The notes under the pieces were generated by a model. The model was not told the origin of the DNA. It ran no database searches and saw only the letters and a program-made list of their open reading frames with translations. Below, piece by piece: positions 37,772-50,329 of a stretch of DNA of 64,000 bases. Source of the stretch: Selaginella moellendorffii (taxonomy: Eukaryota; Plantae; Lycopodiophyta); the NCBI RefSeq assembly GCF_000143415.4, contig NW_003314321.1:630236-694235 (forward strand), in the 5' to 3' direction. Each line of letters begins with the position of its first letter. The stretch's first letter is position 1. The position numbers and the translations under genes were made by a program.

Positions 37772-38755
37772 ATGGGTATGTTCTTCTCTCGATTCTTTAC
37801 TTCCTTGTTCGGCGATAGGGAAGCCCGGATCCTCGTCCTGGGCCTGGACAACGCCGGCAAGACCACGATTCTCTGTATCCTTTGATCGATCCGTCAGATC
37901 TAGCGCTTCTAGGTTGAAATTCCGCGGCGATCTCCGCCCGGGGGTCCTTAACTCGACATTTCAGATCGATTGCAAGCTGGGGAAGTGGTGGAGACTGTGC
38001 CAAGTGAGTGAGATTTGCATTTTAGGTCTTGGATCTAGCTCACAAGTTCTCTCTTCCTGTCTCTTCCAGCGATAGGATTCAATGTAGAAACCGTACAGTA
38101 CAACAACATCAAATTTCAAGTATGGGACTTGGGTACGTGCCTTTCAGTTGTTCTTTGCTCTTTCCAGAATCATTGAAACTTCTCTCGACTCGATCATAGG
38201 TGGCCAGACGAGTATCCGGTGAGTATCTTTTGTTTCAAACACTTTGGTTTGCTGACACTCATCATTCAGACCTTACTGGAGATGCTACTTTCCAAACACA
38301 CAGGCTGTGATTTACGTTGTTGATTCGACTGACACGGAAAGAATGGCAACTGCAAAGGACGAACTCCACGCTATCCTAGAGGTTCTTTTGTGGTTTTTCT
38401 CTGGAAGTTTTCTCGCTGACACTCGTGCTAAACTTTAGGAAGAGGAGCTCAAGGACACAGTTGTCTTGATCTACGCCAACAAACAGGTCTGTTTTGATTT
38501 TGTGTCCGCGAGGGAACTAAATTCTGGCTTCTCAACAGGATCTCCCGGAAGCGCTCGAGAGTGCAGCAGTCTCGGAGTCTCTCAACCTTCACAAGATCAA
38601 GAACAGAGAATGGGCCATTTTCAAAACTTCGGCAGTCAAAGGCGAGGGATTGTTCGAGGGCCTCAACTGGTAACACTGCTACAGACTCGTGCCTGGTTTG
38701 ATGGTTGCTTCTCTCTCGCAGGTTGAGCGACACATTAAAATCCAAGGGAAGATAG
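37772..38755 (+). CDS. ARL1: ADP-ribosylation factor-like GTPase 1, multi-exon
   Basis: MG...[54 protein letters not shown]. Confidence 0.92.
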
Positions 38756-39091
38756 CTCGACTCGATCGGAAGAGAGAAACCAGAATTTGTAGAAGCACGC
38801 AGTTGGATAAGGTATCACTTTTTTCCCTGCAAAGCTTGTTAACAGTTTTATAGGAAAACGAAGCGAAAGTACTTTTCTGGGGATATCTTTTGTATCCAAT
38901 GGCCTGGATTTCAGATACCACGACACTTGTCACAGTGAAGCCGGACCAGATGGCAAGTACTTGTCATGCAAATCGCCACGAAGCTCCGTTCGTGAAATTG
39001 GAGCAAGGATATATAGTCGTGAACCAGGGAAGTGCTACACCATTTCTTGGAATAGAGTTACACAACATCGACGAGAAAGAAGACGAACAGT

Positions 39092-39994
39092 ATGAGGGGT
39101 ATCGCGCTCTCAGGCATATACAGGCGCTCGAGCAGCAAACTTGGATCGCCTGGAGCAGCATTCTCGACGATTGCAGCTCGGCAGCAACAGCAGCAGCAGC
39201 AAGTGAACTACGGTGCTGACCCGAAGCCGCAGCCGAACCCGGCAGCCAAGCCGCTCGATATCGATGCGCAGCGCCGGGATCAGCAGCAGCAGCAGCCGCA
39301 AGTTGATGGTCAGGCCAAAACCATCGGTGATGTGAGTATCTCTTCTCAGTTTTTTCTCTCTTTTGTTTCTTCTTTGGTTTTGCTCGTTGCGTGATTCCAT
39401 GATTTCTGATTCCATGGTTTTTTATTCCATTGCCAGGCTCTCGAGGAGGCTGCTGCTAAATCCGGTGACAAGCCACTGGAGCTCAAGGACACGCGAGTGA
39501 TTCAAAGCGCCGAGGCGCGGGCCACTGGCGCGGCGGCTGGTGTTCTTGGTGGGCCTGCACAGTACGCGACGCGTCTCTATGAGAATGCTGAGAATGCTAC
39601 ACTGGGGGAAGCACTCCAGGTGCCAGATTTTTTATTTCTTTTTCATTCTTTCGTTTCTTCCACTCAGCCCAAGATTCTTCTTCCACCCAGCCCAAGATCT
39701 TTTCTTTCTTTCTTCCAGTGATCTTGACGAGAACTGTCGCTAACTACATTGCTTTGGTTGAGTCTATAGGACGTGAAAGCCCATCTCCCGGCTGACAAAG
39801 TTGCGACTCCTCGCGACGCGACTCGGATCGAGCAGGCCGAGCAGAGGAACGACCCAATGGGTCGCGTGGATCCGGCAGGAGTGGCGGCGGCAGTGAAAGA
39901 GGCGGCGGATTATAACGTGGATAAAGGATTCGTGGCGCCGGGGACGCCCGCCGGGGCTGGCGTGGGGGCTGGCCGGGGAGCGGGAAGGGTCTAG
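39092..39994 (+). CDS. LEA protein of the SMP (seed maturation protein, D-34-like) family, 3 exons
   Basis: TIGDALE...DKP...D...IQSAEARATG, TLGEAL, LPADKVAT..DA.RI..AE.RN....PAGVAAAV..AA.N. Confidence 0.85.
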
Positions 39995-40453
39995 CAAGGG
40001 TTTAAGCAACCGGTTTTATTAGAGGGACTCTTTTAGATCATTCTGTCATAAAATCCATTTTAGGGCAAGGACCCTCGTGCAGCGCGCGCTCGTACGTCTC
40101 TGCGTGCTTCGTGTTGGTTGTGGTTTCGTTGTGGAACAACGTGTTCCACGCGGATGGAAAGTTCCGGGCGCGTATATATGTGCGTGGTTGAGAGAAAGGG
40201 CAATATAGGGTTTTTATTTGGAGCGAGTGATCGAGAGGGAGTAGAAAGGCGCTGAGAGAGAGAGGAGAGAGGATATTTTCTTGCTCTGATTCATTTTCGG
40301 GCAAGGATCTTGCCCGGGCATTGGATCTCTCCAGCTTCCTCCGAAAATTGGTCCGGCAAAGGCAAAGCCGGGGCTTCTGTGCCTGAAGCCTCGGCATCCT
40401 GCGAAGACAGTTCTTCGCAGGATCCTGTATTTCCACTCCCACAAGCGCAAGCG

Positions 40454-42568
40454 ATGCGGTCCCTAGCGATCCCTCCCATGACCATCGGTAGCGGCAGCAG
40501 CAGCGGCAGCGACGACGATGAGGAGGTTCTCTTTCGCGACATTGGCCCGGGCAGGGTTCAAGAAGATCTCGCCAAGCAATGGAGCGCTGGCGATTCCATG
40601 GCGCTCTACCGGATCGGTGGCTGGGGGTTCCCATTCTACTCCATCAACGGCGACGGCAATCTCTGCGTCAACCCTAGCGGCAGCGGCAGCGGCGGTGCAT
40701 CGATCGAGCTCAGGGCCGTGATTGATCGAGTTCTTGCCGCTTCCAGTGGTAATATTTCGCCTCCGCTTATCATCCGGTTCCCGGAGCTCCTCGGCGCCAG
40801 GCTCCGCGAGCTCCAGTCGGCATTCCAGGGCGCCATCCACGCGCTGGGCTACAACAATCGCTTCCAGGGGGTGTTCCCGGTGAAATGCAATCCCGACAAG
40901 CTGCTGGTGGAAGAGATCGTGGCGGCAGGCAAGCCATTCGCGTTTGGATTGGAGGCCGGCTCCAAGCCCGAGCTCCTGCTCACGATGAGCGCAATGTGCA
41001 AGGCACACCCGGACGCCTTCCTCATCTGCAATGGCTACAAGGACGCCGAGTACGTCCAGCTCGCGCTCCTGGCCCGGAGCCTCGGCATGGATTGCATCAT
41101 CGTCCTGGAGCAGCTGGACGAGGTGGATCTCGTGATCGAGATGAGCCAGCGCCTGGGGATCGAGCCGGCCATTGGGGTCCGATCCAAGCTCCACACCAAG
41201 CACGGCGGCCACTGGGGTGAGACATGTGGAGAGGGTGGCAAGTTCGGGCTCTCGGCTCCCGAGATCGTGGAGGTGGCGAGGAGGCTGCGGCGGCAGGGGA
41301 TGCTGGATTGCCTGGAGCTCGTCCACTTTCACGTCGGCTCGCAGATCCCATGCCTGTCGGTGGTGAAGGACAGCGTGAGCGAGGCGGCGTTCCTCTACTG
41401 CGAGCTCGCGCTCATGGGCGCCGGGATGAGGATCCTCGACATTGGTGGCGGGCTCGGGATCGACTACGATGGCTCCGCCTCGGCCTCCTCGGACATGTCG
41501 GTCGGGTACACCGTTCCGGAGTACGCGAGCGCGGTGGTGGCGGCCATTGACGCGGCGTGCACGATGAAGAAGGTCGATGCTCCGGTGGTTTGCTGCGAGA
41601 GTGGACGCGGCCTCGTCTCCCACCACTCGGTCCTCGTCTTCGACGTCTACTCCGCCACCCGGGTGCCAAAGGCCAAGTCTTCCGAGCAGGAGGAGCTCCT
41701 GGGGATGGTCCAAGAGCTCGAGTTTTGCGAGTGGGGCGAGCTGGATCTCCCGCTGGGCCAGCTCTGCGAGATGGTCCGGGCCAAGAGCTATGGGGTCGCG
41801 GCCGAGTACGCCAGGAACGCCAGGAGCGAGGCGTCGAGGCTGTTCAAGTCGGGGCTGGTGAGCCTGGAGCTGCGAGCCGGGCTGGAGCGGCTCTACGAGC
41901 TGCTGGTGGCATCATCGATGAGGCAGGCTCCGGCGACGTACCACATGAATCTCTCGATGTTCAAGGCGATCCCGGACAACTGGGCGCTCGGCCAGCTCTT
42001 CCCGATCGTCCCGCTCCAGCGCCTCAACGAGGAGCCGACCGTGAGAGCGATCCTCTCGGACCTCACCTGCGACAGCGATGGAAGGATCACGTCGTTCGTG
42101 TGTGGCGGCGGTGGCGGCGGCGGGGACACCGAGCGGCCATCGCCAAGCTTGCCCGTCCACGAGCTCGAGGAAGACGACGGTGTACGGGCGGGCGGCCGTG
42201 CGCGTCCGTACTACCTGGGCCTCTTTTTGGGTGGGGCCTATCAGGAGGCGCTGAGCAGCATGCACAACCTGTTTGGTGTAATGCACGTGGTTCACGTGGC
42301 GAGCGATGGTGGCGGGGGGTTCAGTGTGACGCGGGAGATTCCTGGCCAGTCGATCGCGAGCGTGCTCCGTAGCGCGCAGCACGACCCAGGTGGCATGTTC
42401 GATTCCCTGCGCGCGCGGGTGATTGGGTCGCTGGCCGCGGGCCGATTCCATGGCGAGCGTGAGGCGCGGGTGGCGCTCCAAATCCTGGCCAAGACCTTCT
42501 CCAGCTACACTTATCTCCACACCATCGCGTCTACTACTACTACAACTACTTCTGATGTGGTGGAGTGA
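40454..42568 (+). CDS. ADC: Arginine decarboxylase (intronless)
   Basis: LYRIGGWG.P, FQGVFPVKCN (PLP lysine), GLEAGSKPEL, CNGYKD, HFHVGSQI, DIGGGLGIDYDG, ESGR, DLTCDSDG, GAYQEAL..MHNLFG. First ATG at 40454; the frame is open from 40310. Confidence 0.95.
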   Translation: MRSLAIPPMTIGSGSSSGSDDDEEVLFRDIGPGRVQEDLAKQWSAGDSMALYRIGGWGFPFYSINGDGNLCVNPSGSGSGGASIELRAVIDRVLAASSGNISPPLIIRFPELLGARLRELQSAFQGAIHALGYNNRFQGVFPVKCNPDKLLVEEIVAAGKPFAFGLEAGSKPELLLTMSAMCKAHPDAFLICNGYKDAEYVQLALLARSLGMDCIIVLEQLDEVDLVIEMSQRLGIEPAIGVRSKLHTKHGGHWGETCGEGGKFGLSAPEIVEVARRLRRQGMLDCLELVHFHVGSQIPCLSVVKDSVSEAAFLYCELALMGAGMRILDIGGGLGIDYDGSASASSDMSVGYTVPEYASAVVAAIDAACTMKKVDAPVVCCESGRGLVSHHSVLVFDVYSATRVPKAKSSEQEELLGMVQELEFCEWGELDLPLGQLCEMVRAKSYGVAAEYARNARSEASRLFKSGLVSLELRAGLERLYELLVASSMRQAPATYHMNLSMFKAIPDNWALGQLFPIVPLQRLNEEPTVRAILSDLTCDSDGRITSFVCGGGGGGGDTERPSPSLPVHELEEDDGVRAGGRARPYYLGLFLGGAYQEALSSMHNLFGVMHVVHVASDGGGGFSVTREIPGQSIASVLRSAQHDPGGMFDSLRARVIGSLAAGRFHGEREARVALQILAKTFSSYTYLHTIASTTTTTTSDVVE

Positions 42569-44174
42569 GTGACATCTACTTGCTCGGTCCCAGAGAATAA
42601 GCACCACAAATAACATTGTCAGACCATTTCAATTTTTGCATTCAATATACTGTTTTATGTAACAATCAGATTCTCACGGTTGTTGGGCTGCTGGTAGTCC
42701 CAGGATTGGGAAGACAATCATCTTTGCATTGCAGCTGTAGCGTTATTACCCTCAGGACCGAGTATAACTTGCCTTAGAAACAGGAATAACGCCCCCGGGA
42801 TTGTCTGCTTTACTTCCCTTGCTGCTAAATCGCATGTATAAAACGTGCACTCGTACATCTGAACGATATCCGGGTGTGATCCTGTGGTACATCTTCGAAC
42901 ATGCAAAGCGATTAAACAACTCTGCAGGAGACAGTTCCGGGTCAAGCAAAACGGTGTTGCTTCTCACCAACCTTCTACTGCTACTTTTACCTCTTCGCTA
43001 GCTTACGTGAGAATACATGAAAATGAAATAACATTGTCAGACCATTTCAAACAAAAGGATTTAAAATCCGTCTTAGAATCAGTCGTGATTCTTTTCAAGT
43101 TCTAAATGACCACGAGAACTTTGGGAGTTTACTGACGGTGAAAATGTCCCGGAAGTCTCGGAGAGACCAAGCGCGGTGCTTCGCGTATCTTGTAAAGGCG
43201 CAACCCTGCAGATTGGTCAGGACACCGCTTTGTTTGACCCGGAACTCTACTACTGGCAAGCTGCACAAGTCTGGTCGGCTGTAGAGTTGCGCTGGCCTGC
43301 TTCACCTTTCTAGAAGACGGGATGACACTTGTGAAGCCTGGTTTGTGCTCGAGAACCTGCAAATTGACTATGGTATCTCAAGCAATCTACAATCCCTAGA
43401 GATATATAGGAAACTTTGCTTTTTTGCTATGGCCATTAGTTAAACTCTGCATGATTATTTTAAAACTACTTACTATAGATTATTTAATGTAATTATTAAA
43501 ACTAACCCGTTTCTAAATGATTAGAAGAATTGGAAATTTTATTAATTATGTTATATAAATGGAAATCAAAATATGTGGCAAGCATGGCAAGAATTTGAAT
43601 TATACTATAAGATCTATCAATTTAAAACATGTGAGTTTATAACACATATATGATCTTTTGGATGCAATTATTTTTCAAGACACATGTATACATGGCAAAG
43701 TCTAGGTCAATGTCATGTATGCAAGATTTAAGTGCCAACTTATTTAGCATATCAGCAGGGTTTAGGCTTTGGGTTCTTTCAGCTCTTGTTAGAAAGTTCT
43801 ATAACATATATAATGACATTATAAAGTCAATTGATCATTAGCCACCAATGCTTCTACATATAATAAAATTGAACATATGTTAAAAGTTGCTTTTCTTGAA
43901 CCTTCCAGAGAATCTTTCAGCATCCCATTTCCACCCACGACTGAAAGCACATAAAGGAGGAATCCTACACAAAAGGAGAGAGATGGCCATAATCAAGAGA
44001 GCACATTTAATGAGACAAGAATAAAGCCAAAAAAAAAACACTTTCACTAAATTTTTAGTGATATCACATTGTATGCATGGCAGTTTAAGGTGTTATGCCC
44101 TATAATGCACATAATCACATTTTTATTGCAATTATAGCAATCAAAACATATATGCATAATAATTTTGTGTGCAA

Positions 44175-47100
44175 TGTGAGTGCATGGAATATGGAAAGGG
44201 AATACAGAAATGTGCATATCAATTAGCCCAAAAACTCTAACTTATATACAGGAGCGAGTGGTCCGGATTGAAAACAATCCGACGGCTACCAAAATCCACT
44301 ACGCTAATATTAGTATACGGCATCGTAACCGTACACTTGGCCCTCACATCATCCCCTCCTCTCAGAGTAATGGAAGGCCGTCAGGGTTCTCTTGTAGATG
44401 GGCCGGGATCTGGAGGAACATCAGGAGGAGGCATCGGCGGATCTGTAGACGGTATTAACTGCTCCTGATCCCTTTGTATGAAGCGTTTTAACCGCTGCAC
44501 ATGCACAATCTCCGGAGGATCGGCCTGCTGAACGTCATGCCGAACCTCATAAACTTGCGGTCCAACTTGCCGCAACACCCAATACGGTCCTTTCCACTGC
44601 GCAAGGAGCCCCTTAGATAAACCACGTACCGTAAGATGGGGAAAACGGACTAACACCAAATCATCCACTTTGTACTCCGCAGGTGGACGATGATGGGAGT
44701 TGTAGCGCTGTTGTTGTCCCACTTGTACGCCGCCTAAGTGTTCGGCAGACTCTGCTCGGACAAGTGGAAGAATGCTTGTCAAATACTGATCCCATGACCT
44801 AGCATCAGGAGCTTGTGGCAATCGCGAAGATAAACCCAACTCTGTTGGTAATATTGGATCATGACTATATAGAAGTTTATATGGTGAAGCACCAACAGAA
44901 CTCTACACCCCTGTGACATAGGCATACCGAAGAGACGGCAAATAACCATCCCAATCCAAATGCTGAAAGTTCACATACTTCGAAATCATCCCTTTGAATG
45001 TCCGAACGAGCCGTTCCACCAGACCGTCTGATTGTGGATGATAAGCACTCGTAAAAGTGTGGCGTATCCCCATCCGAGATGTCAAAACATGAAATACCTC
45101 AGCCATAAATGCAGGACCATTATCCGAAAGAATCCGCTCTGGACAAGAATGCTGGAACACCACTTGATTGAGGAGGAAGTATCCAACAGCAGTTGCAGAG
45201 GCACTAGCAAGAGCACCAACTTCCACCTAACGAGTCAAGTAGTCAGAAGCAATAATAACATACTCATTGCCAGCAGTGGATCGTGGAAAAGGTCCCATAA
45301 GATCAAACGCCACCAACTCAAACGGACGGGAAACTGCAATTGACTCCAACCGTCCTTCCGCAGCACAAGGGGGAGTATTACGAGCTTGGCACCAAACGCA
45401 GCTACACACATACCGGATAATATCACGTCGCATCTCCGGCCAATAGAAAGACCTGCGCAGCTTTTCGGTGACACGACGGTGTCCCATATGCCCACCTAGA
45501 ACAGGAGAATCATGGTAGGCATGGAGAAACGGCGGAATAAACACCGAAGGTACCACCAATCGTAAATGATCATCAGGATCCATCCCCACAAAATAAAGAA
45601 GGCCATCTTCAAGGCGATATTGAGAATGTTAATGCCGGAAAGGCAAGTCATCAGCAAGTGATGCAGGATTCTCAAACCCATCTCGAAGCCTTCGAATCCA
45701 CGGCTCAATCTTCGGAGCCTCGCGAACCTCCTCAAGAGAAGGCAGATCTTGCTCTGCACCCTGTGGACACTGAACGTCAAGGACAGCAACCGCCGACGGC
45801 ATAGAATCCTCATCTAGAAAATCCACAGATGCTGGAACAACAGGTTCGTCAGAATGATGAGAAGTGAGTGAAGAAGGAAGAGGAACTCGAGAAAGGGCAT
45901 CAGCATCAGCCATAGAACTCCCTGGGCGATGAACAACATCGAAATCATATATCTGAAGCTTCAAAGCCCATCGAGCCGTACGACCAACCAGGTTCTTCCG
46001 CTTCAATAATGAAGTAACAACAGCATGGTCACCTTTAAGTAACGTTCGAGAACCATGTAGATATGCATGAAGTTTCTCGAAACCCCAGACTGCTGCTAAA
46101 CACTCCTTCTCCGTCGTGAAGTAGTTCATCTCCGCTGGTTGTAATGTACGGCTTATGTATGCAATGGGATGGCGCTGACCAGGCACACTCGAGCTCTCTT
46201 GCATCAACACACCTTCAAGACCAATGTCAGAAGCATCCACGCGCAAAATAAAAGGTCAAGTATAGTCAGGATATGCCAAAACCGGAGGAGTTGTCAATAG
46301 CTCTTTGAGATCCACGAACGCCCGCTCACAATCCGGAGACCAGATGAAAGATGACGTTGATGACTTCAGCAACGCTCGCAATGGTGTAGTGCGATCGGAA
46401 AGATGATCCACAAAACGACTAAGATATTGCACTTTACCCAAAAAGCGCTGCACATCATTCACACACTTCGGAGTAGGGAACTTTAGAACAGCCACAAGTT
46501 TGTCAGGATCAACTTGCAAACCCTCACGAGAAATACGGTACCCAAGATAAGTTGTGTCCTTGGACCCAAACACGCATTTCGACCGCTTCAGCTTTAAACC
46601 AACGTCGCGTAGCCGATCCAACACTTTACAAACATCACGAACGTGCTCCTCCCACGTCCCCTCCGAGTGGATCAAGACATCATCAATGAAGTCAACAGTG
46701 ACCTCTGGCATATCGCAAAGAACCTCGTCCATCATCCGCTGGAAAGTTGCTGGAGCATTGTTCAAACCAAACGGCATCACCAAGAACTCGTACAAACCAA
46801 ATGGTGTACGAAAAGCAGTCTTAGGAATATCTTCTTCGGCTATTGGTACTTGCCAATACCCAGAAGCAAGATCCAGCTTGGTGAACCAACGACTTCGCCC
46901 CAGACGATCCAAGAGATCAGCAGTGTGAGGAAGAAGATACACATCTGGGATCGTCACTTCGTTTAACGGACGATAGTTGATGCAGAAACAAATGCTCCCA
47001 TCAGGCTTCGTCACAAGATGAGGTTCACATGCCCAAGGACTCCGCGACTTCCGAATAACACCCTTTTCCAGCATTTCCTTGACGTTTGCTCGTAAAATTT

Positions 47101-49176
47101 TGATCTCTTTAGGTGACCGACGACGAACAGGAACCTTGATTGGACGAGCATCCCCGGTGGGAATTGGATGACGTGTGGCAATCTTGGCCCCAGACGATAG
47201 GTCAAATTCAAAGAGATCAGAATACTCCTTCATGAGCCGGTCAACTGCTGCAACACAAAGATCGTCGGAGGGATCGGAAAAGGGAAAAGCAGAACAAGAT
47301 GGAAACACAGAAGGAAAGAGTGGGGAAACAAAAGTAATGGAAGCAGAGGTAGAAGTAGAGGGACGAAGAGGTATGGAAGTGAGAGGAATGGATGAAACAT
47401 AAGGAAGTATGAGACAAGGGGGAGAAGCCTCAAAGTCACACTTGGCATGATTGCGCTGCAACCAATCCATACCAAGAATGAGGTCAAAAGCTTGACTCGG
47501 CACCACCCGCAACGATTGCAACTCAAGCTCGAGATCGCCCACACGCACAACTAGGTCCACCTCATCCCGTGCACATGCATGTGTACGGCCGTTGCCATAA
47601 AGAATGAAAACTGGTTCTGCCGCACGACGCAAGTGTAGATGACAACGTGTGGCAACAGGTCGAGCAATAGAAGATAAACTCGAACCTGTATCAACCAACA
47701 CGGAGAGAATAATAGGAGACTTCTTGTTATAAAAACGAGCTTGGAAAGTAAACACTGGATGAACTGGTGCCGAGTGAACCCCTTGATGATACTCCCGAAA
47801 GAAAGATGGAGGGGTCACTGATTTATTCGCGCAAGGTCCCTCCGTTACTCGCGCGACTCCTCATTTCCCTGATGCATCTTGGTGTCCAGACCTTCCACTG
47901 TAGCAGCACCCAGGGGACGTTGCTGACGCCAAGGTCTCCACCCAAGAAATGGAGGTCGCCAATCCGGAAAACGACGGCAACGCCGATAAGTATGACCAAC
48001 TTCATCACACGCCCAGCAGCGAACATCACGGCCACGACCACGTCCTCACGCTTGTCCTTGGACTCGAGCAGCAGCAGCATCAACCTCCATTGGAACAGGA
48101 CCATCACCCATAGGAAGTGGAGCGGAAGGACGTGCAGTGAGAAGTGGAAGAGGCGATGTCTCATAACGTTGTGCCAAGCGAAGAGCATCGTCAAGGGTGG
48201 CAGGAGCAAGTGCATGCACAAGTCCGACAAGATCTTGACGAAGTGCTGGCCACAACATTCCTAGCTTGATCCGCTTCGACATATTTGGCTCCGCACGAAG
48301 CAAAAGACTTCGGAAACGAATGCCAAATTGCATCACTGACTCCGATGGCCCTTGGCAAAGACGATGCAATTGTTGGAAAACATCATCACAATCATCGGCA
48401 TGTCCGAAGGCGCGTTTGAAGACGTCCGGGAGAACACTCCAATCCCCACGAGTAGCTGCGCTCAAACCATTGTACCACTGCAACGCCGTCCCTTGGAGAC
48501 ACGTGGGAAACTCACGCAACCGTCGAGCATCATCCCAAGAATGATATGTGGCAATCACCGTAAAGTGATCGAACCAATGGTACACATCATCCCCAGGATT
48601 CCCGCGAAAGAACTCCGGCCGAACGCGAGGATTGGCACCAAGAGCAGGAGGAGTTGTACCACGTGCCGTGAACGCCGCCATCAACTGAGTTTGGTTGTTC
48701 AATTGCAAGCACATAGCATCAAGCAATTGAACCAACTGCTGCTCTAGAGTCAAAGGAGGAGATTGTGGATCGGCCATGAAAATGAACGAAAAAGAAAGAG
48801 CAAAAGAAGAGAAATGACAAAAAAGCTGGAAAGAAATGGTAGATCTAGACAATGCAAAAAGCTAGATCGAAACCAAATTCCTGAAAGGAAAGAACAAAAG
48901 AAAGGAAATGGAAAAAGCTAGATCTAGACGATGCAAAAGCTAGATCTAAACCAAAATCCCAAATCCAAGCACTCCCCAGGGACAATCAAAGATGCCCCTC
49001 ATCTCCACCAATGTGAGTGCATGGAATATGGAAAGGGAATACAGAAATGTGCATATCAATTAGCCCAAAAACCCTAGCTTATATATAGGAGCGAGTGGTC
49101 CGGATTGAAACCAATCCGACGGCTACCAAAATCCATATTAGTATATGGCATCGTAACCGTACACTTGGCCCTCACA
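44175..49176 (-). mobile_element. Full-length non-chromo Ty3/gypsy retrotransposon with short LTRs (44175-44348 and 49012-49176)
   Basis: TG...CA LTRs of ~170 bp, PBS TGGTGGAGATGAGGGGCATC, PPT GAGAGGAGGGGATGA, gag with CWACDEVGHTYRRC knuckle, PR (LVDTGS), RT (FIDD), RNase H (DAS), IN (SDNG, HPQSDGLVER, GPY). A few stops. Flanked by GTGTGCAA on both sides. Confidence 0.95.
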
Positions 49177-49589
49177 GTGTGCAATTGAAAACAATAAATT
49201 AATATATATATATACAAAAAAATATGTGCCAACTCATATTCCTTATTTTTTTTATATTTTAAGTTTGCAAATTAAATCTTGGTAATCTTATAAAATAATC
49301 TGAATGACATGAGAATAGAAATAGATTGAGCTGTTTAAAAAGAGTAAATCAGAAGCAAAATTATATGTGAACAAAAGGAGATCTTTCTGCTGGATTTGAC
49401 AAGCCAAACTGACAAAATCTCTCATGGCACCAAGAGGTGGTGGGTCAAAGCTAGTGGATTGTGCCACTGGATTGCTTGGGGCTACTATTTAGATGCTGAA
49501 GGCATCTCTCATTCCTTCCAGAACAATCATGGGAAAGGATTTAAGATGTGTGGTTGAGATGATCTGATAGGTTGATTGGAAAATGCTGC

Positions 49590-49728
49590 TCGAGGAGGCA
49601 TGCAGTAACTTGACCACTAACCGTGAGATGATCAGCTTCTTGGAGAGAAGATTATAGATCTTATAAGCCTTGTGTTTAGCACTGTAGCCTAGGTATTTGT
49701 GGTGGGCTCTGGGTTCCATGGAGATCAC
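49590..49728 (-). mobile_element. Ty1/copia polyprotein fragment
   Basis: EPRA...LGYS.KHKAYKIYN...KKLIISR, typical of the copia post-integrase region. Confidence 0.6.
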
Positions 49729-50329
49729 ACATAATGTACTACTAAGCAGAAAAGAGAGGGTTTCCTAGCCTAGGTCGAGATGAAGAAAAAAGTGAGCATT
49801 GAGGAGGCAATAGCAGCGACAATAGCAAATGGGTTGATCACCAGTTGGAGCTATCAGGACATGGTGGCGGCTGTGGTGGGCAATAATAAGTATGAGCCTG
49901 TTGCTCCCTATTTTCTGCTGTTGGACATGATTCTGCAAGTGGGCAAGCGTCCGACCAACATTGACGAGAGAGGCCCTGATGAGCATACCCCAGAAGGAGT
50001 CCAAAGGATCAAAAAGTGCATGGAGGAGGATCTCAACAAGTGGCAAGAGTGACACTAGTGCTTAGAGTAGCAGCAAGGCAACACGACAAGCTCTATTCTT
50101 GGCTCATGTCCCTCCATTACTCTATGTTATTCTCTATTAAGCTCTGTTACTAGGGCTCTTGGGTTTTTGGGAGGAAATCTTGGCACCAGTGCTTGTAGTA
50201 TGTCCAAGCAGTGTCTAGTGTGACCAAGTGGTAGCTAGCTTTGATGCAATAAAAGGAGATAGAAAGCTAATAATTGCATTGGAAATTCAATATATTCCAA
50301 GCACAGTTGCAGAAGTGCTTAGTGATCTT

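Noticed and set aside
40463-42616. Long antisense and alternative-frame ORFs over ADC
   Set aside because: Expected shadow ORFs of a very GC-rich coding sequence.
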